Assembly: GCA_030428125.1 (NCBI GenBank)
Contig: JAUIBF010000002.1
Coordinates: 79,910-143,909 of the forward strand
Direction: 5' to 3'
DNA: 64,000 bases
From: a bacterium
GTDB lineage: Bacteria > Patescibacteriota > Saccharimonadia > Saccharimonadales > SZUA-47
Positions within the stretch are counted from its first letter, which is position 1; each line of letters starts with the position of its first letter. The notes beneath the pieces were generated by a model, which worked only from the letters and a program-made list of their open reading frames with translations, had not been told where the DNA came from and ran no database searches. A program made the translations under genes and the position numbers. Shown piece after piece: positions 16,198 to 24,381 of the stretch.

Positions 16198-16728
16198 ATG
16201 AAGATTCATGTAGGCAGTAAAAACCCAACTAAAATAGCTGGGGTAGAGAACGTAGTTAAACAGAGCGAGATGTTTAAAGACGCAAAAGTAGTTGGGGTAG
16301 ATGCCAGTGTGGAAGAATTTGGTCATCCTAAAACGCTTGATGATACTATTCAAGGCGCTAAGGACAGGGCTCTAGCAGTACATAGTGGAGCCGATTACAG
16401 TGTAGGACTAGAGAGTGGTTTATTTACATCAAACGACACAAAATCCGGATATTTAGAAACTACAGTTTGCGCGATATATGATGGAAATGACTTTCACATA
16501 GGTATGGGGCCGTCTTTTGAATGGCCGAAGAAAATGATAGAACTGATTTTGGATGGACAGGATGGTAGCCAAGCATTTAAATCGCTCGGCCTAACAGAGC
16601 ACGAAAAAGTAGGCACAAAAGAAGGCGGAATTCATGTTCTGTCGTTTGGTAAGGTTAATCGAACTAATCTGAACGAGCTTGCTTTTGCAATGGCTCTGAT
16701 TCAGTTAGAGAATCCTGATCACTACTAG
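16198..16728 (+). CDS. Inosine/xanthosine triphosphatase, YjjX-like (DUF84)
   Basis: MKIHVGSKNPTKIAGV ... VGVDASVEEFGHPKTLDDTIQGAKDRA ... VGLESGLF matches my recollection of the YjjX family pattern. Confidence 0.75.
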   Translation: MKIHVGSKNPTKIAGVENVVKQSEMFKDAKVVGVDASVEEFGHPKTLDDTIQGAKDRALAVHSGADYSVGLESGLFTSNDTKSGYLETTVCAIYDGNDFHIGMGPSFEWPKKMIELILDGQDGSQAFKSLGLTEHEKVGTKEGGIHVLSFGKVNRTNLNELAFAMALIQLENPDHY

Positions 16729-17788
16729 GAGGGTCGTTGCTTTCTCTATCAGATTTATCAGATAAATCTTTATTCTTGTTTCGAGTCAAGGCCAAGTAAA
16801 TAATGATTGCAAAACCAATTGTAGCTAAGGTAGCTGCGATATAGTACTGCTGGTTTGAAATACTCTCGCTAGCCTCGTTAGCTACCGGCAGAACAACAAT
16901 ATTTTCTATTGAGTCTTGTTCAAAGTTTAAGAAATCAGTAACGCCTCTTGAAACAATGCCCGTAACCGCTACAGTAAGCGATGCAATAAGATATATAGTT
17001 GCAACCTTACCTAAGCCTTTACGAGTGTTTTCGCTGAGAAGTATGACACCAATCGTTAAAACAATTGATGCAACTATCGAAACCCACAACATAGTTTTTG
17101 CACGCTGGTACCATTCCTGAACATCAGTGTCCTGCAAGGCCTCTCTTAGGCTTTTAGTTTCTCCATTTTCACCTTCCACAGTCAAACTTTCAGCCGATAT
17201 TATAGGATTTGGGATAAAGTCTTCATTGTTTATGAATTCTTCACGTATTTCTTCCAGCTTTTCGTCTATACCGACCTCAGGGTTACAAGGGATGCTGAAG
17301 GGATTGAAATCATTTCGGAATTCAAATAATTGTGTTTGAGAGCAAGATGGCAGCGTTTCCAAACGAATACTCGCTTCTTCTACTATGTTTTCTGCTAGAG
17401 CTAACTTCTCGGATGTAAAGTCCACGACAAACTCAAGTACAGGCGCGTCACCCTCGAGCCAGTTGTAGGCACCATCCATAATTTTTTCTACAGCGTTTTG
17501 TAGAACTTCTCCGGAGAATGCTTTAGATGCTGCACGTCTAATAATTTCACTGTCCACATCAAAACCATTCTCCATAAGACCATCTGACTCAGGTGCTTTA
17601 TTGTCTATCAATTCTTCTATAGCGTGATCGATCACCTTGTCGTAGGTGTTACTGTCTACAAACCATTGCTTTACTTCCTGACGGTTAGCAACAGTGTTAT
17701 TAATCGTAATAAAAATTGCCGCAATCAGCAGAACATTTATAAGCAAGAAGCCAGTAATTACCAGAAATATTTTCCTGGCGATTCTCAT
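16664..17788 (-). CDS. Membrane protein (N-terminal anchor, large ectodomain, three C-terminal helices, acidic tail)
   Basis: 374-aa ORF. The 3-prime end overlaps the convergent YjjX-like gene by 65 nt. Confidence 0.6.
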   Translation of the reverse strand: MRIARKIFLVITGFLLINVLLIAAIFITINNTVANRQEVKQWFVDSNTYDKVIDHAIEELIDNKAPESDGLMENGFDVDSEIIRRAASKAFSGEVLQNAVEKIMDGAYNWLEGDAPVLEFVVDFTSEKLALAENIVEEASIRLETLPSCSQTQLFEFRNDFNPFSIPCNPEVGIDEKLEEIREEFINNEDFIPNPIISAESLTVEGENGETKSLREALQDTDVQEWYQRAKTMLWVSIVASIVLTIGVILLSENTRKGLGKVATIYLIASLTVAVTGIVSRGVTDFLNFEQDSIENIVVLPVANEASESISNQQYYIAATLATIGFAIIIYLALTRNKNKDLSDKSDRESNDPPSSDQDSLTESEPLQKQARSD

Positions 17789-17791
17789 AGC

Positions 17792-18376
17792 CTAAAATCG
17801 AACTCTCTTAGAGAACTTATCTATTGGGTCTAATTCACGGTCTTCGTGGGGGAGGAAATTAGATAAGACTTCGATTATTTTCTCTTCGTCTTCTGGTGAA
17901 AAATAAATAATTACAGCCGGTGCAAATCTTTTTAAAGGTTTTAACCAAATACTGTCAATTGCTCCTTCTTCAACAACAGAAAACGAGCGGAATTGAGCGT
18001 AACTAAAGGTCTTGTCTCCGGCTTTAACGCCGTTTTCGTCAACAGAATATTGTTTAGTTTCTGGTTTGCGACCTGCGAAGACAGCAACTGAAATAATAGC
18101 CAGAAAAACTACCACTGTAGCTAGAATGTCTCTTGTAATCAAGAATACCAAGGCAGTTAATGCTAGGCCGCCACCGATCAAGGCCAGGTACCATCTAGAA
18201 TCTTTTTCATGTTCCACGTATTCTGACGCGGACCATTGTACGCTTGGTAAATTTGTTGATTGCTGTTGAGGCGCGTTTCCGAGGTCGTCGCCAGCATGCT
18301 CAGGTGATTCTGTCGCACCTCCGGCACTATAGGTCCAGTTAGCATCAGTTTTGGAGTCTTTGGCCTCATCATCCAT
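17792..18376 (-). CDS. Membrane protein, hypothetical
   Basis: 194 aa with two central hydrophobic helices. TGaTACAAT lies 7 nt upstream of the ATG at 18376. Confidence 0.6.
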   Translation of the reverse strand: MDDEAKDSKTDANWTYSAGGATESPEHAGDDLGNAPQQQSTNLPSVQWSASEYVEHEKDSRWYLALIGGGLALTALVFLITRDILATVVVFLAIISVAVFAGRKPETKQYSVDENGVKAGDKTFSYAQFRSFSVVEEGAIDSIWLKPLKRFAPAVIIYFSPEDEEKIIEVLSNFLPHEDRELDPIDKFSKRVRF

Positions 18377-18474
18377 AAGCAGTATTGTATCACTTAATCT
18401 ATTTTAGAGCCTCTAACACTTTAAATATAACCTGTTTTGCTGTACAATTCATTGGACAAATCTCTGCAATTGAT

Positions 18475-18567
18475 GGAGAGGTACCCAAGTGGCTGAAGGG
18501 GACGGTTTGCTAAATCGTTAGTGGGGCGAAAGCTCCAGCGAGGGTTCGAATCCCTCTCTCTCCGCCA
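18475..18567 (+). tRNA. tRNA-Ser (anticodon GCT), CCA encoded
   Basis: Class II tRNA with a long variable arm. Anticodon stem ACGGT/ATCGT, loop TTGCTAA, T arm GAGGG-TTCGAAT-CCCTC. Confidence 0.92.
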
Positions 18568-18593
18568 TCATCTGGAAGATTTGTACAACACCT

Positions 18594-18683
<90 letters not shown>

Positions 18684-18693
18684 AAATTAAAAT

Positions 18694-18714
18694 CCCACCG
18701 AATGGTGGGTTTTT
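18694..18714 (+). terminator. Rho-independent terminator after the tRNA-Ser pair
   Basis: CCCACC-GAAT-GGTGGG followed by TTTTT. Confidence 0.8.
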
Positions 18715-18746
18715 AATTTTAACGAGAGATGTGTGGAGATTCGAAC

Positions 18747-18805
18747 GGGAATGCCAGTGGCATTCCCCGGACCCTTGCCCGAAGATGTGCCTTGAATGGC
18801 ACATC
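18747..18805 (+). other. Two strong adjacent hairpins in non-coding DNA
   Basis: GGGAATGCC-AGT-GGCATTCCC (18747-18767) and GATGTGCC-TTGAAT-GGCACATC (18784-18805). Confidence 0.5.
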
Positions 18806-18828
18806 GAGTGGTAACATTAGCAAAAGTA

Positions 18829-18923
18829 ATTTTCTTTTGCTGTTAGGCGAATCCTATGACCATCCCACCCAGATTTCTTTTGCTGCCTGAGCGAATCCCA
18901 TCGGAAGTTGGCCATCCCACCCT
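18829..18923 (+). repeat. Imperfect tandem repeat, each unit ending in CCATCCCACCC (resembles the tRNA-Ser 3-prime end)
   Basis: Unit 1 is about 18829-18870 and unit 2 is 18871-18923. Both contain TTTCTTTTGCTG...GCGAATCC...CATCCCACCC. Confidence 0.6.
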
Positions 18924-18962
18924 CTTTTGTGTGCGTGGTTGTTTTTCAGCTACAATACTCCA

Positions 18963-19163
18963 ATGCCAAGACATAAAAAACATCGTCATGTATACGACCG
19001 AGCGCTGAAATCCATTGCAGACATGACTACCTTTGAAAAAGTAGTGACTGTTGTCGGCTCAATCGAGCCAATAACTTCAATACCTCAAGTTGTTTTGGTT
19101 TATAGATTACAATCGGCAGATGAGCTATCCTTATTTTCAACTAGTTCATTTAAGATATACTAG
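18963..19163 (+). pseudogene. Truncated paralog of the PQ-loop/SemiSWEET gene (first helix and PQ motif only)
   Basis: 67 aa: MPRHKKHRH...ITSIPQVVLVYRLQSADELSLFS then stop. It parallels HKHIRKR...LPQVIKIYGNKTTEGLSI of 14838..15173. TACAAT lies 6 nt upstream of the ATG. Confidence 0.4.
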
Positions 19164-19183
19164 ATGTAAATAGGAGGAGAGAC

Positions 19184-20104
19184 ATGGGGCTAGTTATCTT
19201 TATAGTAGTAATTGCGATATTAATGCTTTTCGGATTCTTTACGGTTTCGCAGCAGACTGCAGCGATTGTAGAGAGGTTTGGTAAGTTCAAAAGGGTTGCT
19301 ACAGCTGGTTTAAGCTGGAGAATTCCACTCATTGATAGGATTGCTGGACGAATTAGCTTGCGTGTCAGACAACTAGATGTTCGTGTTGAAACTAAGACCA
19401 AAGACAACGTATTTGTGTTTGTTATCGTCAGTGTTCAGTACTACGTTATCCCAGAAAAAATCGTCGATGCCTTTTATAAACTCCAAAACACAGAAGGGCA
19501 GATCACTAGTTACGTTTACGATGTTGTTCGTGCACGAGTACCAAACATTACTCTCGATAACGTTTTTGAGACAAAAGACGACATCGCTCAAGCAGTAAAA
19601 GTTGAACTAGAAGCGATAATGGATGATTTTGGTTACGGTATCGTTAAAGCACTCGTAACTGACATAGACCCGGATGCCAAAGTTAAAGCTAGCATGAATG
19701 AGATTAATGCCTCACAGCGACTTCGTGTAGCAGCGGTTGAGCAAGCCGAAGCTGACAAGATTCGTGTCGTTAAGGCAGCAGAAGCTGAAGCTGAAAGTAA
19801 AGCTCTGCAAGGAAAAGGTATTGCCGACCAGCGAACTGCGATTGTAGATGGACTTCGTGAAAGCGTCACAGAATTTCAGAGTGGTGTAGAAGGTACTAGT
19901 GCACAGGACGTAATGAATCTTGTATTAATGACTCAGTATTTCGACACGCTTAAAGATGTGGGGCTTAGTTCAAATAGCAACACCATCATGATTCCGCACA
20001 GCCCGTCGGGAATGAATGACATATCAGAGCAACTTCGTAACGCTATGATTACAGCTAATGAAGTAACTAAAAAACAGCACAAGAAACCACAACAAGGAGT
20101 TTAA
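19184..20104 (+). CDS. SPFH/Band 7 (stomatin/prohibitin-like) membrane protein
   Basis: N-terminal TM helix, then FTVSQQTAAIVERFGKFKRVATAGLSWRIPLIDR, typical of SPFH proteins. AGGAGG RBS. Confidence 0.85.
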   Translation: MGLVIFIVVIAILMLFGFFTVSQQTAAIVERFGKFKRVATAGLSWRIPLIDRIAGRISLRVRQLDVRVETKTKDNVFVFVIVSVQYYVIPEKIVDAFYKLQNTEGQITSYVYDVVRARVPNITLDNVFETKDDIAQAVKVELEAIMDDFGYGIVKALVTDIDPDAKVKASMNEINASQRLRVAAVEQAEADKIRVVKAAEAEAESKALQGKGIADQRTAIVDGLRESVTEFQSGVEGTSAQDVMNLVLMTQYFDTLKDVGLSSNSNTIMIPHSPSGMNDISEQLRNAMITANEVTKKQHKKPQQGV

Positions 20105-20872
20105 ATGTTAGTAGAAGCTTTAATATTCTCGTTTGCCTTTAACCTGGTGGGGTTTTTGTTAGGCTATAGTTTTCGTTCTGATAAATTTACAGATATTTCA
20201 TATGCACTAACGTTTTCTGCGATAGCGTTATTTGGATTCTTGAGTTCAGATAAAACACCCGTTCAGTGGATTGTGACGGCTGTAATTTTACTTTGGGCTT
20301 ACCGAATAGGTAGCTATTTGTTTAAGCGAATTAATTTCATGGGTCGGGATAAGCGATTTGATGAAATGCGTGATGACTTCGTAAAGTTCGGAGGCTTTTG
20401 GTTGTTACAGGCAGTTACAGTCTGGCTTGTGATGTTTCCACCAAGCCTACTTTATGGTGTAGAATCTAGCACAAACGTGACTGCATTGACTCTCGTAGGC
20501 GCAGGTATCTCAGTATTCGGAATTTTATTCGAAGGTATCGCTGATTTGCAGAAGTTCAAGTTTATCTCAGACCCGAATAACAAAGGTAAGTGGATAAGCT
20601 CTGGTTTATGGAAGTATTCTCGTCATCCGAACTACTTCGGCGAAATCATGATGTGGATTGGCATCTACCTGATTTGTATCGAGTGGCTAACTAAAACCGA
20701 AGTGTACCTTGCAGCAATTGGTCCGGCTAGCATAATTTTTATGCTGTTGTTTGTTAGTGGGGTGCCACTTTTAGAAAAGAGCGCAGACAGAAAGTGGGGA
20801 AATAAAAAAGAATACAGAAACTATCGTGACCGAACTTCTATATTAATCCCAATGCCTCCAAAGAAAGGATAA
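20105..20872 (+). CDS. DUF1295 / steroid 5-alpha-reductase-like polytopic membrane protein
   Basis: YSRHPNYFGEIMMWIGIYL motif in a multi-TM protein. The start abuts the previous stop. Confidence 0.75.
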   Translation: MLVEALIFSFAFNLVGFLLGYSFRSDKFTDISYALTFSAIALFGFLSSDKTPVQWIVTAVILLWAYRIGSYLFKRINFMGRDKRFDEMRDDFVKFGGFWLLQAVTVWLVMFPPSLLYGVESSTNVTALTLVGAGISVFGILFEGIADLQKFKFISDPNNKGKWISSGLWKYSRHPNYFGEIMMWIGIYLICIEWLTKTEVYLAAIGPASIIFMLLFVSGVPLLEKSADRKWGNKKEYRNYRDRTSILIPMPPKKG

Positions 20873-20878
20873 ATCCAA

Positions 20879-21322
20879 ATGAACATGTTTAAGCCAGTAG
20901 GTGCTAAATCAGACGATGAATACATCGCCATGCTCACAGAAGACCGACGAGAAATTATAGAAACTCTAGATAAACTTATAAAAGATACCGTACCAGGACT
21001 GGAACGCTGGTTTGCCTACAACATGCTAGGTTACGGAGAGTTTCAGTACACCGACTACAAAGGAAATCCTGGTAAATGGCCAGTTATAGCTCTTGCCAGT
21101 CAGAAAAACTATGTAAGCTTATATGTATGCGCCGTAGACAGTAAAGACGACAAGCAATATATTGCAGAAAAGTATGAAAAAGAGTTAGGCAAAGTCAGCG
21201 TTGGTAAGAGCTGTATTAGGTTTAAAAAGCTCGACGACCTAAATCTAGAAGTTGTGAAAAAAGCACTCAAAGAAGCCGAAAAAACCCCAGGACTAGTCGG
21301 TGCCAAAAAAGACAAGAAATAG
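20879..21322 (+). CDS. DUF1801 (YdhG-like) domain protein
   Basis: 147 aa. The pattern DEYIAML...REIIETLDKLIKDTVPGLE...YGEF...YVSLYV resembles DUF1801. Confidence 0.6.
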   Translation: MNMFKPVGAKSDDEYIAMLTEDRREIIETLDKLIKDTVPGLERWFAYNMLGYGEFQYTDYKGNPGKWPVIALASQKNYVSLYVCAVDSKDDKQYIAEKYEKELGKVSVGKSCIRFKKLDDLNLEVVKKALKEAEKTPGLVGAKKDKK

Positions 21323-21872
21323 ATGTGCATGGGTCGGTGATGACCCAATATACATCAAATATCATGATGAAGAATGGGGCGTTCCGGTTCGTGATGATAA
21401 AAAGCAGTTTGAATTCCTAACCCTTGAAAGTGCACAAGCAGGATTAAGTTGGATAACAATTCTGAAAAGACGAGATGGTTATAGGCGAGTTTTCAGAGAT
21501 TTTGATGTCAGTAAAGTTGCTGCTTTCACAGAAGCAGATATTCAAGATGCCCTGCTAGACCCGGGGATAATTAGAAATAAACTTAAGGTTCATGCAGTAG
21601 TAAAGAACTCTAAAGTTTTTATAGAAATACAGAAAGAGTTCGGAACATTCTCAGAATATATTTGGTCATTTGTAGGTGGTAAAACCAAAGTAAACGAATG
21701 GAAAAACAGGGAAGAGGTACCCGCAACTTCTGTCGAATCTGACGTCTTAAGCAAAGATTTAAAGAAACGTGGGATGTCTTTTGTCGGTAGCACTATAATT
21801 TATGCTCACATGCAGGCAACTGGCCTAGTAAACGATCATACAACAGACTGTTTCAGATACACTGACTCTTAA
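21300..21872 (+). CDS. tag: DNA-3-methyladenine glycosylase I
   Basis: RCAWVGDDPIYIKYHDEEWGVPVRDDKKQFEFLTLESAQAGLSWITILKRR aligns with my recollection of E. coli Tag. GTG start overlaps the upstream gene by 23 nt. Confidence 0.9.
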   Translation: MPKKTRNRCAWVGDDPIYIKYHDEEWGVPVRDDKKQFEFLTLESAQAGLSWITILKRRDGYRRVFRDFDVSKVAAFTEADIQDALLDPGIIRNKLKVHAVVKNSKVFIEIQKEFGTFSEYIWSFVGGKTKVNEWKNREEVPATSVESDVLSKDLKKRGMSFVGSTIIYAHMQATGLVNDHTTDCFRYTDS

Positions 21873-21891
21873 AGTACAATTAAGTGTATCT

Positions 21892-22539
21892 ATGGAGAAG
21901 CAACCAGCTACGGTTATATTTGATTTTGACGGCACACTTGCCAACAGTTTGGAGCTAATTTTCAAACTATACAATGAGCATGCTGAACAGTTTGGTTATT
22001 TACCTTTGAAAGCCGAAGAATTCCCAGAACTTAGACGTATGGGCTACAAAAAAGCTATGCGAGCTAAGAAAGTTAAAGTCCGTATGATACCGAAGATGGT
22101 GTTAACCATGAGCAAGGAAATGCGACAACGTATGGATGAGGTGGAGCCATATGCTGGGATTATTGAAGTTATAAAATCCTTACAAGCAAACGGCTTCTCA
22201 GTGGGAGTGCTTACTTCTAATCAGGCACCATTAGTTAAAGAGTTTTTGAACCATCATGCCTTTCCGGAGCTTGATTTTATCGTTTCTGAAAAGACATTGT
22301 TTGGTAAGGATAAAGCTCTGAAGAAAATCCTAAAGCGATTTCAACTAACCAAAGACCAAGTACTATATGTTGGAGATGAACCCAGGGATGTTACGGCTTG
22401 CCACAAAGTCGGGATACCAGTTGTAGGTGTGGCATGGGGCTTTGCTGGCAAAGAAGGTTTTGAAAACGAACCACCAGATGTATTAGTAGAATCTCCAGAA
22501 GAGCTATTGAACACCGTTATCAAACTTTCTCAGGAATGA
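21892..22539 (+). CDS. HAD-superfamily hydrolase (phosphoglycolate phosphatase-like)
   Basis: Motif I VIFDFDGTLANS and motif IV YVGDEPRDV. Confidence 0.8.
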   Translation: MEKQPATVIFDFDGTLANSLELIFKLYNEHAEQFGYLPLKAEEFPELRRMGYKKAMRAKKVKVRMIPKMVLTMSKEMRQRMDEVEPYAGIIEVIKSLQANGFSVGVLTSNQAPLVKEFLNHHAFPELDFIVSEKTLFGKDKALKKILKRFQLTKDQVLYVGDEPRDVTACHKVGIPVVGVAWGFAGKEGFENEPPDVLVESPEELLNTVIKLSQE

Positions 22540-22979
22540 TGGTACGGATGACCTGCGTTAATCGTGTGGGCTCTGTAAATTTGTTCAGTTAATATTATTC
22601 GAACAATTTGGTGAGGAAAAACTAGCTTTGATAGTGAAACGACGTAGTCAGCTCTATCGAACACATCTTTTGAGACTCCGTACGAACCTCCGACAATGAA
22701 ACATAAATCCACACCTGGTGCGATGAAGTTTTCTGAAAATTGTTCAGAGCTAAATTGCTTGCCAGTTTCGTCCAACAGTACGACTTTACATCTGGCAGGA
22801 ATAGCCTTCAGTATTTTCTCAGCTTCATTGTGCATACTAGTAGTTAAGTCACCCACACCATGCTTGATAAACATCCAGTTTACTTGCACGGAGTGGGGAA
22901 GGCGAGTTTCATAAGTAGTAATTAAATCAGAGATAGCCGGGCGCGGTTTACTACCGACAGAAACGATTTGTATATTCAT
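22530..22979 (-). CDS. rlmH: 23S rRNA (pseudouridine1915-N3)-methyltransferase RlmH
   Basis: 149 aa, SPOUT family. C-terminal LSKLVFPHQIVRIILTEQIYRAHTINAGHPYH. Confidence 0.9.
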   Translation of the reverse strand: MNIQIVSVGSKPRPAISDLITTYETRLPHSVQVNWMFIKHGVGDLTTSMHNEAEKILKAIPARCKVVLLDETGKQFSSEQFSENFIAPGVDLCFIVGGSYGVSKDVFDRADYVVSLSKLVFPHQIVRIILTEQIYRAHTINAGHPYHHS

Positions 22980-23010
22980 GCAACTATTTTAACAGATTAA
23001 ACTACGTCAC

Positions 23011-23041
23011 AATTAGCACTCCCATCATGGTATTGCTAATT
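23011..23041. promoter_or_regulatory. CIRCE-like inverted repeat AATTAGCA-N15-TGCTAATT
   Basis: The left half TTAGCACTC equals the CIRCE consensus. The right half TATTGCTAA matches 7 of 9 positions. It lies in the divergent spacer between rlmH and the 23122 gene. Confidence 0.4.
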
Positions 23042-23121
23042 TAAAACAAGTCGTGTATTATACATCGGCTAAGGTTAATTCAGACCAAGCCGAATAACCT
23101 AAATATTAGGAGGGTTACAAT

Positions 23122-23562
23122 ATGTATTCAGCAGCAGTTAACGCTCACATCCGAGAATTGATTGAACAAGTCATGGAATATCGAGATCAAGGACAGTGGC
23201 AAAAACTAGAGCAGTTATTTACAGAAACACCTTATATAGACGAGGAAGTTTTCAACAAGGAAAAGCCAGGCATCAAGCCGGCAGCTAACGTTACCTATGG
23301 ATGGCGCAGGATGATTCGCGACTTGTACTACAGTGCCCGTCACACATTAGGTGCAATGAATATCGAACGAACTGGTAAGAAGGAAGTAAGCGCAGAATCA
23401 GAGATTGAGGCGCGGTACTACACCCTTAAAGACGGTCAAAGACATGTCTTTAAGATGAACGGTGTGTATGAATATCAGTTCAAGAAAGTAGCTGGTCGAT
23501 GGAAGATAGACAGTCTTCGTCTGAAAGTTAAAGACCAGTCATTCGCACCAGTCGGTGCTTAA
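23122..23562 (+). CDS. SnoaL-like / NTF2-fold protein (tentative)
   Basis: 146 aa. The size and pattern (…W…LFTE…, C-terminal GRWKI) resemble NTF2-like proteins. AGGAGG RBS. Confidence 0.45.
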   Translation: MYSAAVNAHIRELIEQVMEYRDQGQWQKLEQLFTETPYIDEEVFNKEKPGIKPAANVTYGWRRMIRDLYYSARHTLGAMNIERTGKKEVSAESEIEARYYTLKDGQRHVFKMNGVYEYQFKKVAGRWKIDSLRLKVKDQSFAPVGA

Positions 23563-23582
23563 ATCGTAATAAACGATTAACT

Positions 23583-23681
23583 AAAAACAAATCTCCCCAA
23601 GCTTACACCACCTTAGGTTATCTAAGCATCCCTTTATTTGCCTGGGTGGTGTGAACTCGGACCTTACGAGATTTGTTTTTT
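23583..23681 (+). terminator. Nested 99-nt stem structure ending in a T-run (complex terminator or small structured RNA)
   Basis: Perfect 13-bp outer stem AAAAACAAATCTC/GAGATTTGTTTTT encloses an 8-bp stem ACACCACC/GGTGGTGT. That in turn encloses the hairpin CTTAG-GTTAT-CTAAG. Confidence 0.5.
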
Positions 23682-23709
23682 GCTTATGTTTAAACGTAGA
23701 ATATAACGA

Positions 23710-24381
23710 ATGAACATACTAGTTGTTACAGCACATGATGATCCGCAGGCGTTTGTTGCAGCGTTGCACAATACTGCTCTTGGTGTGCTGGAGAGAGCTG
23801 AGCACAAGGTTGAAGTCACTGAACTTTATGCACAGAACTTTAATCCGATAGCTTCTGATATTGATTTTGAAGTTAAATCCGTATCACATGCAAATTACAT
23901 GTTTGAACAACAGAGAACTGTAAATACTGGTGGAAATTTTAGCCCAGATATTAAAACTGAAATGGATAAAATATCTCGAGCAGATTTAATTATTATTCAT
24001 TTCCCACTATGGTGGGGGAATATGCCGGCGGTACTTAAAGGTTGGTTTGATAGGGTATTTGCTATGGGATTTGCTTGGGGTGCCGAAAACCGTTACAGAA
24101 ATGGATTATTAAGAGGCAAAAGAGCCTTAGTGACGGTAACAACTGGTGACCCAATGTCTTACTACACCTCGGAGGGTATGCATAAGGCTTCGGTCGAACA
24201 ACATTTGTACGGATTACTACACGGGACGCTTGCTTTTTGTGGCATGGATGTCTTGAAGCCAGTAATTATTGCAAATACCACTGCTGCAAGCAGAGATGAA
24301 CTAGAAGTTGGCACCAAAAGGTATCAAGAGTTCTTAGGTTCTGTGGATACTAATACTACCTATATCTATAAACATTCTTAG
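23710..24381 (+). CDS. Flavodoxin-fold NAD(P)H dehydrogenase (quinone)-like protein
   Basis: MNILVVTAHDDPQAFV... and IIHFPLWWGNMPAVLKGWFDRV are typical of the NQO/Flavodoxin_2 family. CGTAGAAT box lies 7 nt upstream of the ATG. Confidence 0.75.
   Translation: MNILVVTAHDDPQAFVAALHNTALGVLERAEHKVEVTELYAQNFNPIASDIDFEVKSVSHANYMFEQQRTVNTGGNFSPDIKTEMDKISRADLIIIHFPLWWGNMPAVLKGWFDRVFAMGFAWGAENRYRNGLLRGKRALVTVTTGDPMSYYTSEGMHKASVEQHLYGLLHGTLAFCGMDVLKPVIIANTTAASRDELEVGTKRYQEFLGSVDTNTTYIYKHS

Noticed and set aside
18734-18746. Possible minus-strand tRNA gene suggested by GGAGATTCGAAC.
   Set aside because: No complementary T-stem, acceptor or anticodon arm can be folded around it, so it is treated only as a tRNA-end-like fragment within the scar region. 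A 9-mer T-loop match is also expected by chance about once per 100-250 kb of sequence.
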